64,000 bases of DNA from Lepidodermella squamata (taxonomy: Eukaryota > Animalia > Gastrotricha): the NCBI GenBank assembly GCA_047495785.1, contig JBLDXI010000031.1, positions 1,302,001-1,366,000 on the forward strand. Reading direction: 5' to 3'. This document shows positions 38,072 through 51,800 of this stretch, piece after piece. The notes under the pieces are model-generated. The model saw nothing but the letters and a program-made list of their open reading frames with translations. It was not told the origin of the DNA and did not search any database. Numbering within the stretch: the stretch's first letter is position 1; every line of letters begins with the position of its first letter. Made by a program: the position numbers and the translations under genes.

Positions 38072-41000
38072 TTAAGTGCAGGTTCCCCAGTTGTTGCCAG
38101 AGCCGAAGTAGTACAGATCAGTATTGATCAAGCTGGTCGAAGTGCCCGATACAATGCCAGAGTGTTTCACCGACAAATAGGCGGCTGGAGGCCCAGTGAT
38201 GGCGTAACCAAGACTAGCAGCATAGTTCGCGTCGCCAGCCGTAGTGCAGCCAGTGTCGGAGTACGGCAGCGGTTTGTAATTGACAACAGTGCCTGAGGTG
38301 ATATCCGCATTGGACCCAGCGTCACTTTCAACCCAAGTGAAGCCGTTGTCGTGGCTAACGGCGTAGCTTCCAGTTTGGGTGATGGCCGTGATGACGCCTG
38401 AGACTGAATCGTAGGCTGTAACAGTCGAGACGGGTACATCACGCCACTCAGCATTGGCCCAATCGTAGCGGGAGCATGTGGCATACTCATCAACGGACGG
38501 CTGAGAGCACGCGAAGAGGAGATTCAATGAATCGATCCACATGTAAGACCTCGGGGCATAGGCACTTGGAGTGTTCGGGGCAGCTGGGGTCGGTGTGACC
38601 AGGAAATCAGTCAAGCAGGTCTGGTCTCGGGTGACAGGGGCGCATCCCAGTAGTTCAACCCTCAACGGCATGAATGGGTAAGTCGCGGATTGAGCCGCTT
38701 GTTTCGGGATTATCCTAACAAATGCCGCGTTTGTAATCGGAGTGTCAAGAGTAATTGTCGAGATTTCATTAGGTGTCCTCGATCCACTCCATGGAACAGC
38801 GATATTGCTCTGCCCAGCCGCGTTAGTATAAGTCTGCCATCTCGTTCCATCAATCGAGTATTGAATCTGGACTGAGGTTATGTACTTCGTGTTATCTCCT
38901 GGATCGCCCTGTAGCTGGACGGCTGAGATCGTGGCCTGGGCACCGATGCTAATCATAAGGTATTCATTGCTGAAGAATGGGTTGCCACGTGGCCATGGCA
39001 TCCAAGGTTGGTTGGTGTTGCCCAGACGGCCAGGCTTCGGATCGCCGCTAGCTTGAAGTACGCGGCCCTGGAATTTGGTCAACGTCGAACTGGCGAAAAG
39101 CATACAGTCTGTAATAACAGTTGCGTTTGCGACTCCGAGAGGTCCAGTGCAGCTTGGCGGGGTGAAGGAGAACTGGCCTCGAGAGCTGTCAACACCATAC
39201 ACGTCCAGGGTCATTTGGTCAGCAGTGATAGCGATAGGAGCTCCACTGATTGCGTACTGGTCGTTCATCAGGACCTTGACCAGCTTTCGAGCCTTCAGCG
39301 CCGAGACCAATTCAACACGTACCAGACCAATTTGAGGTCCAACTGTGTTGGTTGGGTCGACAACTAGCGAGAAGTTGAATGTGGCGGTTTCTTCCATAAG
39401 AATCACTGGCCAGACAATGTCGATGCTGTTACCATCGGCCGGGGTGTCGAGGACCGCAGGGTTGATAGTTCCAGACTGGCTGATCAAAACTCCGCTGGAA
39501 ATGTAAGGTGGCACGAAGAACTGGAGGCGGACGAGGTAGCCATGAGCGGTCGAGTTCTGGCTGTGAACAACAGTTCCGGAGACGTAGAAAGTTGCTCCTG
39601 ACTTGGAATCGCTCGGCAGCGGGGTTGCGGTCCAGGTTGGCACAAGATCCGGGTATTCAGTGCCTCGGACAACCAGCGGCGGTAGGTAGCCAGTTTGGGT
39701 GATGACGTTATTCGTCGAGTTGTAGGTCAAGGTCAGCTGGAACGGACGAGCTGTGTTCCGAACGTTCCAGAAATGGTCGCTGTGCCGTAGCTGCAGCTCG
39801 ACCGTGACTTTGTTATCATCCCAATTTTGAAGGTAGTCCAAATAGTCTGGCATGCGGTTCCAAGAGCCTGAGCTAGCAATGCTGAACACAAGCTGGCCGG
39901 AGTTATTCTGCGATGACCCGAGAACTGAGTACATCGTGTAGGAAATCATCGATGCGCAGATGATGTTCTTGCCCCAGGCGATAACTTTGATATTTTCGAC
40001 AATACCATACGCTTCTTTGTTGATAGTCTCCACTGGGAAGGTTACGTTCAACGTGTAGATGGCCGATGAGTGGGGGGTTACATCGATAGAGACATTCATC
40101 AAAGTTCTGAGGCTTCGATGGACGTAGTTCACATCATTAGCCCAGCCCATGATAGTCAGATTGACTTGTGGCGGGACTTCAGACAGCAGTTGACTCGCGA
40201 CAATGTCGTTTTGCAGACTTTGCCGGAAGTGGAATGAGTCGTCAACAGTTACCGAGGCGTCGATTGTCAATTTCGAGCCAACAGCTAAGGCAGGGGTTGC
40301 TGGGTTCGAATTAGCCTGGGCCATAGGTGATGGGATACAAACTCCGACCTCGACGTAGATGTCGTTATCAACTGCCGGGTTCGATGAATCGATGCGCTGA
40401 GTGTTTGCCAAAAAGCTGACCAAAACTTGGTACGAATTGTTTGTCAAGCCAGAGTCAGGGGTTGTAGTCACCACAGCGTTTTCGGTATTGTTCGAATACG
40501 GAACGTTGATACCGGTGTTGATTACGACAACTGTGCAGACTGACGCGCCACTCGTGACGTCGAATTCGAAGAGGTATTTTCCGACCGAGTTTACTGGAGT
40601 GGTCAAGCGAATTTGATAGACGGCACCTCCAGATTGGGTGATTGTGGTCTCAGAGTTCTTCTTCGTGAACGTAGCAGTTGGCATGTTGGTCTGGGAGATA
40701 CAATTAAGGAATTAAAAATTAAATTAAAGAAGCAGAGATTCAAATTATCAAAATAGAAAAATATTGATAGTTCACTTACGAATAAGTATTTCTGGGTGTT
40801 AGCAGTGATTGATGGGTTTTCGAACGCCCATCGCCACGGCAGCATGTTGAGGCCAACGACGAACTCGTGAACCGAATTGTGAGCAAGATCTGTCGCGTTC
40901 AACAAACGAACAGCAACCTGGCCGAGGTTCACCGTGATTGGGCCCAACGGCTGGATGCTCGTCGTATGTCCCCAGACGTAGTTGCCCTTGTAGGCCAGGA

Positions 41001-44000
41001 TGAAGGAGCCGTTATTCCTGGCGTATCGAACCGGGTAGTCTGGGTGAAGCGTCGTTGATTTCGGGGCAATTCGTGAAACTCCGACGTAGGGCAGCTCGAA
41101 GTCGGGAATGATGACGTCCAGGGTGGTCCAAGCGTTGTAGCCCGGGGGTAGGACTGCATCAACGTTGTAGACAACAACACCTCCCTTGTAAGCTGTGGTC
41201 GAAGTGATCGGGGTCCAGATGACACGAGGGGCGGAGTCTGACAACACCGGCGAGGCAGGTCGTTGCATCAAGAACTGAACGGTGTAGCTGCCGTAGAAGA
41301 AAACTGTCCCGCCACCAAGTGGGCAGTACAACCGGGTTTGAGTTACAGTAACCGGGATGCTGTAGTTCGAGCCGTCGACGAAAAAGTTCTGATAATCGAA
41401 CGGCATGTAGAAGGCAACCAAGATGCGGATTCGAACTGAAGGTTGGGCGCCGGTTTGCGTGAACATGTACGAGAACCCAGCTCGGCCGATGCCTGAGGTC
41501 GAATTGAGACTTGGCGCTCCGTTCTGCGTAACCAACAGGTCAGGATTCGTGATATCGACAACGGAAATTTTCTCGAAGATGAAAATCGGCCGGCCGGTTG
41601 TTGCGTCTATCGGGGACGCTGCTTCAATGTTCAAGTTCGAAATTGTCTCACCATCAGGCAGGTCGACAGTCACGAAGAAGGCCTGAGCTCCCCATGGGAA
41701 GATGTAGTTATCACCAAGCGCTGGCACTGTCTGGAAAATAGTTCCGTTCGGGTTCGGATCGCTCATGCAGTTCCAAATGTAGATGTTCAACGGATCTTCC
41801 GTCCACTGCATTTGAGCTGTGTTGTAGCGGGCTGATACCATGATAGCGACAGAAGTGTTGTCTGTGAATGGGGTCGACGAGTTCTTCAGACCGAAATTCA
41901 CCCTCATAAAGGCGAGGCGAGGGACAGAAGCTGGGGTGCCTGTGCGGCTTGTTTGGATTACGACCTTATCGACGGTTGCAGTGGGTGACAGGGTGACTGC
42001 AGCTCCAGCAAGGGTTCCGGTCACAGTTTTGACGACAAATGGCTCAAAGTTATTGGTCTGAGCCTCGAAGCTCGCGCCGAGATACACGAATTGCGCCGCA
42101 GTTGGGAGATTGAACTCGATTTCATACGAATCCGAATATCCATTCGACGGGCTGAGTGTGATTTGAACTCCAATCGCACTGCCAATTTGGAGGTTGTTGT
42201 TCGAACCAGGAATGCTGGCTGAGAAGGAAGGTTGCGGGTCGGCGGATAGTGTGGTAGTTGAAACGGGTTGGAAAGTCAGGAAAGTGCTGTAGGAATAGTT
42301 GTAATTAGCGACTTCGACTTGGAATCCAACGGAATAGGTCTGGGAAACATCGATTGATGAGTCGATTTGGGCAAGAACCAAATACGTGATGAAATCATTG
42401 TTACCCAGCGCGACATCGACCCAGAAATCTGAGGATAAAGGTTAAAAATCAAGGTTGCTAAGTTGTTTATAATTTACTATCGTTGGGGATTTCAATCCAT
42501 GGCGTTTGGAGCGATGCAGCGCCATTTGGAGATCGGACATTGCCGTAGTCAGTGATGAACCAGCTGAAAGAGCTGCCGACTGCTACTCGATAGATATTCG
42601 AGATCAAAACACCTGGTGGCTGGGCGGCGATTGGGATGAATGAGCTGATGCGGAACGTGCTTGAGGCGTCCGTCAGGTTTGTGATATTGACGAGCCAGCC
42701 GAAGGTTGAACCAGCCTCCACGTCGCCTGGTGATGGTGTGACAGTGACTTGCGGCATGATGTTCATGAACCAGTCAGCAGCTGTGTACGACACAACAACC
42801 TCTCGAGTTCCAAAGGTATTCGTATCATACTCGTAGTTCATATCGATTGGATAAGACAGGCCATCGATCAAATCCGTCGAATTTCGGACAAGAACTTCGA
42901 ATTTGACTACGATATCATTCTGGCTTTCGTCGAGCGTCCCAGCTCCTGTATTCGTGATCAGGCCAAAGTCGATTGAAAAGCTGTCGATGATTTGGTCGTT
43001 GAGGTCAGATGTCAAAGTAGGCACGGCGTCGTAAGGATCATCGCCGATGTTCGACCCGACAAAGTCAACGCGAGGAGAACTGATCGTGTAGACTCGGAAA
43101 CGGGGATTCGCCGAAACAGTTGCGCGAAGGCGTTTGCTTGTAACAGTGGGGATTGAAAAGTTGATGGAAATGGTGGTCTGCTCGCCAACTCGGACAGAAG
43201 CAAGGCTTGTAGCCATTGCGACCCCAAAGTTGTCTGGAACGGTCTGTAATGGAAGTCAACTCATTTTCTGTAGGACTACTTGAAAAAATCACTCACCCCA
43301 GCTCTTCTGCGCCGCGTTTTGACATCGGAACCGTCGCCACTTGAAGCTCCAAAAGACTTCTCCAACGCAGCAGCTGAGTTCTGTTTAGCGGCGGCGATCG
43401 ATAGCTCAATCTCAGATTCGTCATCAGTCGTATCCGAAGCAGCTGGGTCTTCCTGCAGCTCCTGCTCTTCCTCCTCCACTTCAGGCGCGTCATCAAACAA
43501 ATCAGCCTCGCTCTGAGAGATTGAAACTTCAACCGCAACGCGATTTGTCCGCTTGTAAGTCATGTTCGCCGGAACATGTTCAGGCGTCGGATTGCCAGCT
43601 ACGACAAACATCGCAATAGTTTCAGGCAGCTTGACACTCGCCGAGCCTTTGAACGTGATCTTCCCATCACGGTGGTCGACGACGAAGAGATCGCGAACCT
43701 CCTGAGTGACTTCATCCTCGAAATCAAGACTGTAGATCACTGTACCGCACGGGCAGTCCTTTTGATTGTAAGACTGGCAGAAGGCGTTATCGTCGTCAGT
43801 CGCGCTAACTCGGCTGTAGGTCTGCTCCTTCTTCGCATAGAACTTGACCGCGTAACTCGGCTTGGCAAACATAGGCATAGCCATATCGTTGTAACCACCG
43901 CAATCTTCGTTCGCGTAGCAGTACAAGCAACGGCATTGGTAATAGCTGCAGGTTGCTCCGTTCTTGCAGTGGACAAGGCGAATGTGCTCGCAGTCTTCTT

Positions 44001-44421
44001 CCTTCGAAGTTTTGCATTTCGTGTAGTCTGGCTGGACGCAGGTTACATTGGTTCCTAGTTCGCGTCGCTTGATATCAAGATAAGTCTCCTTCTGGCCGGG
44101 TTTTCTCACTGCCCCTTCAGTTCCAACGGCGTTGGACGCAAGTGGAGGGAGAGGCGTTGCGGATGGCATGTAATTGCTGACCTTTGGAGCTTCGGTTTCC
44201 GCGATTTCCTGGATAGGATCGGTGTGTTCGGGTTGCGGGCCGGGTGGTGGGATTTTTGTAGCATCTTCCGGGAGTTTATCCTGAGGCTTGATTTCTTGAC
44301 GGGCGAGCCACTTCTTCGCCATTTCTTCCTCCCCTTCTGGAACCGTCTCTTCATCCTTCTTCACATCGGCACATCTCGCCAGAGTGAAACAAAACAAAAC
44401 TAGGGCTATTCTCAACTTCAT
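38072..44421 (-). CDS. Giant secreted beta-rich glycoprotein with C-terminal F5/8 type C domain, paralog B, about 2052 aa, 4 exons
   Basis: Exons 44421-43297, 43243-42478, 42428-40780 and 40690-38072. Signal peptide, Cys-rich segment, cadherin-like segment, acidic linker and RRRR furin site. The body is colinear with paralog A (ANTQRIDS, WDDNKV.VEL..RHSDHFWNV, PFMPLRVEL.GC, SHDNGFTW). Confidence 0.85.
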
Positions 44422-45897
44422 TTTTTCAAAAAGGTACCCTATAACATGTATGAAATTTCTAGTTAAGGCTCAAAATGCGGGTAGGGGTGGTAAAATTCAG
44501 TTGTCCGATCGATACTACACAGAAAACTCATTTTTTCGCAGCCCGGCTAGTTGATAAATAATTCTATTGTTCTCACCGCAGTGCGCGAGGCGTCTTTTTG
44601 CGCGACAAAGACGTTCGCATCGCCCTTGGTGACGATTTGTTTAGAGCTGGTAGCCGCGTTAATAATTCAGCAACCGCGAGACGATGCAAAAAGCGAAAAA
44701 ACAAAGGAATGCGACACTGCAAAATAAGTCGTTGCTTTCTCGAACTTGTGGATTCGCTTCCTTCAACCTAGCTGCTATCTAATTCCGACTTATCTGTAGG
44801 AAGCAATTTTTTAGCGTTGCTATAGGTTGCAAATTCTTCTTGCTTTTTGCCCCAGGACTGAAGGTCACGCAATAGCACCTAATCGAGACAAGTTAAGAAT
44901 AGAGTAAAAAATGCGAAAATATGCAACGTCAGAATAAAGGATGGTACTCAACTCCGAACGGAAAAGGATCCGTCCTGCTTTAGAGAAGGAAATTGTTGAG
45001 CGTCGGAACTTATCACTTTGGTTACAAAAGTGCTCCGGAGCTGTTGTTCTCGAAGACTTTTCCCATTTCAACTATATCGGGTTTAAAAAATTGTGGGACA
45101 TGAAGTTTTCCAAGAATGGCGAAAACATTTGCTGAGTTTCCACATTTTTTATCGACAAATTTTCAAAAATTAAACAATTCTCCGGCTTTTTCCTCCTTTG
45201 TTATTTTTTGGTTATTTGATCTACGGCACCGCAAACAGCAATTTTAGTCAGGTTCCCAAACCGGAAAATACTAAAACTGAAACTGAAATTGGCAAATCCA
45301 TGCGTTATTAAAAATTCGCGAATTAATAATCAAGGAATATTCTGTAAAATAGAAAAATTGAAATGTGAAGAAAAATTCTCGTTTTATTTCTCTGTTTTAG
45401 TTCTTGAGCAATCGGTCAAACGCAGTGATGCGAGTCAGTCGAGAGAATTGTATTACATATATAAAATCACAATTAAAATATTTTATAAAAAAGACCAACG
45501 AACGATGAGGAAAACAAAACGCCAGACAACGTAATATTAGCATCAAATTTTGAGCAAATTTCAAAGACAAATATCGATCTCTACCAGAACTTTCTCCAAG
45601 CCTTCACACCATCAACGCCGTTTATACAAATTTCATAGGATACCATTATTTTTTACGAATAATAATCAATATTAATAAACTATTGAGTAACGTCAGGAAA
45701 ACAGCCAAAAAATCCAGAAAAAATCAGAAAAATCAAAACGTGATATTCTCAATTTAGATTTTTCTAAATTAAAATTTGATTAAAATTTCAAAAATTCGAT
45801 TCGAAATTTCAAAAAAATTCAAAATAAATATCAGTCTCAATTTTTCAAATTTTTTCGGAATTTTTTCAATTTTGCACAAAAAATGCAGTTTCATATT

Positions 45898-48800
45898 TCA
45901 ATTTTTGAATAATTCCGTCACGACAAATGAAGTTGTAAGTATTGCTATAAAATTGGCCTTATTCGTGTTACTTCTGCCCGCCATGAGTACGACAAACTGC
46001 GGTTTCGCCTCGGCATTGCCGCACGCATAACCTCGCCTCAGCTTCTGGACATCGCCGGGCGAGAGGCCCCTCGAATTGCCGAGGATCATCTGCCGGTTCT
46101 CCCAGTTCGTGAGCGTCGGCAGGAGGCCGAAGCGCGAAAACGCGCCCGAGTGGTAGTGCGTCACCGAGTGGTAGTCGTAGGGCAGCAGGCCGACGTCGAA
46201 GATTTGGTCGTCGTCGAACACGCGGAAGTTGTCCTTGTACTCCTCAAGCACGTTGTGCCAGAAGATTTTGATGAACTGGTCGCGGTCGGGCCGGCTGTGC
46301 TCGTGGAACCAGCCCAGCACGTGCATGAGTTCGTGCACGACGAGGGCGTGGCGGACGCAGGCCGAGTCGTTCGACAGATTCACCCACTGCTCACCGCCCT
46401 GGTGGCCAACGTGCGAGAAACAGCTAAGTAAATCAACAAAAAATATTTTCAATTCAAATTCGAAATTTACATTTTATTTTCCATTTTTTTATTTTGATTA
46501 TATTTTATTCCAAGTCGTATGCGACATTACAGCCAAAATTGAATTTTATATAGCCAATAAATTCAATATCCATATCGAATTGTTGTGGGCTCTTAAATCT
46601 ACACTAAAAATGAGGATCCAGTACTAAAAAATGGCAAAAGAATTGTATTATCGACTTTTCGTTTGTTGATGTCCCTGAACCTGAGTTTTTTACATTTTAG
46701 CTCTACATTGTTCCCTAAGCCATCCAGAAAAATTTGCGATTTTTGAGTTCCAAGCCGATTGATATCGGAAACATCAATGATTAGTAAAATCGATACTTGA
46801 GATCGATATCGGCTCTATAGGATGAAGTATAACTCGTAAACTGACCGCTCATCGCGAAAAATACGCGTAAAATGGAGATCCATCGTTTTTAAACGACAAA
46901 ATTGCGAATGAGAAACTCGAAAATACATTTTTGAGATATCTAGTGTTACATGCCAGAGTCTCAAATTTAGGGCTGGAACCCTATGTTATTATCTGAAAGT
47001 AATTTTGCTTGAAATTTTTTCTTTTCAAACGAGACCACGCTCCAGGAGGTTTACATTGGTCACCTAATTTCGACCAAGTAGCTCCAAGTATCGCGGTCCT
47101 CGCATTTTTCCGATAGAATTAATAGGTCAGAAAAATTACTTTTATTCTTTCTATTCTCTTAACTTTCTGAATCCATTTTATTTTTTTTTTCAATTTTCCA
47201 ACGTTCCGCATAGTCATGCCCGAAAGATTGCATGAAAAAGTTTCAGTTCTGCTCCCCAGATATCAAACCAAACCAGCGAAGGTACTCGATGCCAAATAAT
47301 GAATCAAATTATAATCGTTAAGCTGTCTATCGGGTCTAAAAACCTGCATTTACCCGCTAATCCCGCCACATTCGAAACTTTGCTCGACATCCTAGCTGAG
47401 GGCATGGCCATGGAGCGCGACATTACCGCATGTTGCTTAGCAATTTCGAAATATTTGCGAACAAAGAAAGGTGAAGATTTTCTTTACTACCTCGACGATG
47501 ATGGGGCCATGATTTTCGCGACAACATTTGCATGGTTTTTCAACGCTTATAGTCAGGGCGAGATGGTGGTTTTTAGACGAAACCTTCAAATCGGCGCCTA
47601 ATATTTTCTAGCAGCTTTTCTCACTACACACCGAGGAGCATAACATGATAGCCCCGGCCGTTTTCAGCTTGATGACACGTCAGGTTGGGTTCGATTACGA
47701 TAAGGTGTTCAAACAAATCAACAAAGGTTGCGAAGCGGTTTCGATAGCTTTCGGGTCCACGGCTGCCATTTTCAGTTTTCTTCGGCGGTTATCAAATGGG
47801 TGCAGAAGTCTGGGGCCATTACCACACAAGTTCGCCCCAGGTCGGACAAGGCAAACCTTAGCCAAAATTCGAACAAATTCCTAGTTTTAACGCGTTCAAT
47901 AGGTCATGGGCGAACTAAAACGTGCAATGCCTTGAACCTTCTGCTCCATCTAATCGTTCACTGTCCTGAAACTGAATCGTGTACTTCTAGCTTTTTAGAG
48001 ATAAAACCCATCATGTAAATAACTGACCCATGTATTTGACGGTTTGGCGGTCGGCTAGCTTCCGAATTGGCTTGATTGGACATCAAATTGCTGAATCTGA
48101 TGTTCAGTCTTATATTCCATTTTGTATTTAAAATCTCATTTACGCCTGCGAGTCGTGGAACATGGCTCAAGCTCAAGCTCGATAGCCCAAGAAAATAGAC
48201 TAAACACCATTGAATATCGCTGGCTCCGCTCGATAGCAGGTGTCCACCTAATGGACTACATTCCTAACATAGACATAAGGCTAGCTCTGGGCGGAGGTCT
48301 CATTGAAGTGAGCCGCATTGTAGAAAAACAACGGTTAAGTAATTTCGGGCACATTATAGACTACAACGAGGAAGGACTAAATAACAAAATTGATATTTGG
48401 ACGCCTCCGTTTGGATGGCTTGCACCTAGAGGACGACCCCGAACTAGATGGATCAACGGAGTGCATAGAAGCCTAATTAAAGTAGGACTGAGTAAGGAAT
48501 TACGCCGGAAAAATAAATCTAGCAATAAGAGTAAGACTGGCAAAATGCCGAAGAAAAAGTAAAGGAGTTTGAAATAAAAATTATTCCTGATCTCCTACTA
48601 GCTGAAATGGCTTCTTTTGAAAAAGATGAATGATTGTAACTCTATTGAAAACTAAGATTTTTTTGGAAAAAGCAGGATCTTATACTGTGGGGGTAGGTAA
48701 GGAATACTCTTTGCCTGCCTTCGCCCTCTTCAAAACCGGAAACGGTCTCTCAGTCCAGAAGAGGCTAAATAAAACTATTATTTTTTAATCTAAAAATATC

Positions 48801-51800
48801 TGAATTGTTGTCAGAAATTGAGAGTTTTTTAGCCACAAACATATTCTCAATTTCTCGGTGATTTTACGAAATAGAAATCCAATCAAAAGAAATTTAGACT
48901 AGTAAAAATGCGTTTACGCTTACCCTGGTTCGGATTTGATGAATCGAACGTAGTCGGTTTCGTTGGCTCGCCGCACGAATCGAATGCAAGAATTCGCTTC
49001 CACTTCAGCTATCGCACCTAGAATTACTTTCCGCTCATCGTCGGCTAAAACAAAAAAATCATAAAAAATAACAATAATAGCGATAAATTTCCTCAAAGAT
49101 TTTTTTCTCTATTTCTTTTGTTATTTTCCAGAATATTTACATATTTAATTTCTAGAACGTAATTTTTTATCACTTCATTGGACGAAATACTTATTGTTTG
49201 ATTTTTCATAACCAAAAAATGTAAATGTCGCCAAAATAGATTTCTTCTCATCAATTTTGCAGCAGCGTTAGGCAAGTCGATTTAGACAGCCTGGCATTTT
49301 AGATTCATGCAAAGAAGCTCGTGAATTAGCTTCACGAACGTGGAATCTTCTGGTGACCGATTAACCGATTAATCGAACTGATTTGTGTCGGTCCCCAAAA
49401 AAACGATTTTCAAATCGCGATTCAATCGTGATTGACAAATAATTGTGCGCATCACTGAACAGGGGCTGTAATGTTTTACTACTGTTATTTCAGATTTCAC
49501 CTCGAACAGTTTGTTCTATTATTCGTTTTAGTATATTCATTTCAAAGCATGGATTGAAGCTACTCGATGCCGCTAGATCTAACGCGGAAAGGTTCGCTCA
49601 AAGCGAAAATTATTTCAATAAAAACTATAGCGCCACGAGCTCTTTTATTCACCTCGGCCAACCCCGATTCCGCATGGATTGAAGCTACTCGATGCCGCTG
49701 GATCTAATGCGCGTCGAAAACAAGGGTTACAACATCAACTTATGAACTGTTCACCTTTTTCTTAAGCTTCTCCGTCAAGCGCCTCTTACCCTTTTGAGTC
49801 TTCTCAGTTTTTAGTAGAGAAACATTCGCAAAATTTTCTCTGGACTGTGGATAATCTCGGAAGATTTGTGGACGAATTCGGAAAAGTTGTGGACAATCTT
49901 GGAAAATCTGTGGAAAAGCTGAATTTCGTCAAGTTACCTCTGAGGAAAATTAGCCTTCCTACGCTGATCTTTCTAATTTTTTTACCTGATTTTAAGCGAC
50001 CTCAACAGGCAGTAGTCGACGCTGGAAATGGTTGATTATCGGGAAGAACACAAGGACGACGAGCGGAAATGGACCCTCGCGTTTGTAATCTGCTGTTAAA
50101 GAAATCAACACTCCAATGTAGAGCTCTAACCTCAATGAGCCGAAACGTCATGCCCCCAACACCGTCTTTGGGAAATATCCGCTGATGGAAAACCGATATA
50201 ACTCTAATTTATTTGAGACTAAACAGGCATGAATAAATAATGATCTTAATCCGTGTGATTGATATATTTTTTTTCAAAATAACGCGCTGCTAACATGTCG
50301 CAACAACCAGCAACTTCATCGAGCGAAATTTACCGATAATTACGGAATTCCGGAATCGGTTCTACCTGATTTTTTTACCTGATTTTAAGCGACCTCAACA
50401 GGCAGTAGTCGTGATTATCGGGAAGAACATAAGGACGACGAGCGGAAATGGACCCTCGCGTTTGTAATCTGCTGTTAAAGAAATCAGCCCTCCAATGTGG
50501 AGCTCTAATGGCGTTTAACGTTCTTCTCACCCGCTGGCGATTCTTAACCCCAAGCTACCCCGTATGTCGAAACTAAACATATGGAACTGATGGAGAGCTA
50601 CCAGGGTGCTACAGCTTCATATGATAGTTGCCAGCAAAGCTGAAAGCAGCGACGATGACAATGAATGTCAGCGTCAAGGGGCGGGCGAGTCTGTTGTGAT
50701 TAAAATCTTTCAAAATCGCGTCCCGCAGTTCACACAAGTCTACACCTTGCACAGTCATTCTCATGGAACAATTTTTCCTACTCTGTATATATGCTATTAG
50801 CATAAGGAAAAACCAGCGATCTCTGCAAGTTGGCCTTCGACGCCGTTCGATTTCTGTATCCCGGCCGTTTTATCGCAATATGTATCACTAATTTCCTTCA
50901 CCGATGCTAACCAGACATAGGGGGTCGTTCGCGCGTAACGTACAGAAGGAATTCTCCAACCGTACACCCTATTGGAGCCGGCCATCGCAATCCTTAATTT
51001 TTGTAATGCCGAAATTATTTTTATTGATTTTTAATGGATTTTAGGCCAAAAAATGGTTCAGAAAATGCTTCCTGTAATTTATAAAAAATTTTGAAAACTG
51101 CGTAACGTACAGACTGACTTGTCTTTTGTGTTTTTGACCAATTTTTATTTCCCAATTTCCTATTAGCGAACCATCGCCATCGGTCGAACTCAATTTTAGC
51201 GACAAGAAGCGCCAAAGTACGAATAATAAATAAAAATTAGACTTAGTGGTTCATTATTGCTTATGTGATACCCATGCGAGCGTACAGACAAAGTCGCTCT
51301 CGTAACGTACAGACATATCGAACAAAAGCGGGTACACTTAGATAAACCAGTTTTTTTATTTTTAAGCACCACCACAGGTGCAAAAAATTCCGGCAGGGCT
51401 CTTCAATACTTACGACCGGGTCTAGCCGATGGGAAAAACGTCATTATGAAGGTGCAACTGTTATCGGAAACAGCGGCTGAGAAAGCTGTTCGGAAAACTG
51501 TTCTGTTGTGCCCCTTCGAAGTAAACACAATCTTACACGAATAAGGCGAAAAAAGGAACCGAACAAAGAAGACCCTCGACATTCGGAATGCCTCGGACTG
51601 AGCCGAGAACAAAGAACCTGAACTAATTCACTTGATCATTTGAAGAATTGATAATTCAACTTGAAATAATCTATCTCCGAAGCCTCAAATTCAGGTTGCT
51701 CCCCAAAAATTGAAGGAAAAAATAATAATTCTCGAAAAATATTGTTATGAAATGCAACTTACGAAATTGATCGGCGGCTATTTCATACGGGACTACCTTT

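Noticed and set aside
43576-44058. Antisense and alternative-frame ORFs over GC-rich exons (also 2383-2637, 19119-19406, 46150-46431)
   Set aside because: These are shadow ORFs caused by the codon bias of the real genes.
7865-44421. Bacterial contamination or a horizontally transferred island as the source of the long, intron-poor ORFs
   Set aside because: All of them splice through canonical short GT-AG introns and are interleaved with typical animal genes. The secreted ones carry eukaryotic signal, furin or glycosylation features.
47299-48018. Short plus-strand ORFs in the astacin intron upstream of the RTE fragment
   Set aside because: They are interrupted by stops and have no recognisable domain, so I cannot support a gene call.
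49846-49860. TGTGGATAA, a perfect bacterial DnaA box, within a 21-bp repeat
   Set aside because: It is a single perfect match in a eukaryotic intron; chance is a sufficient explanation.
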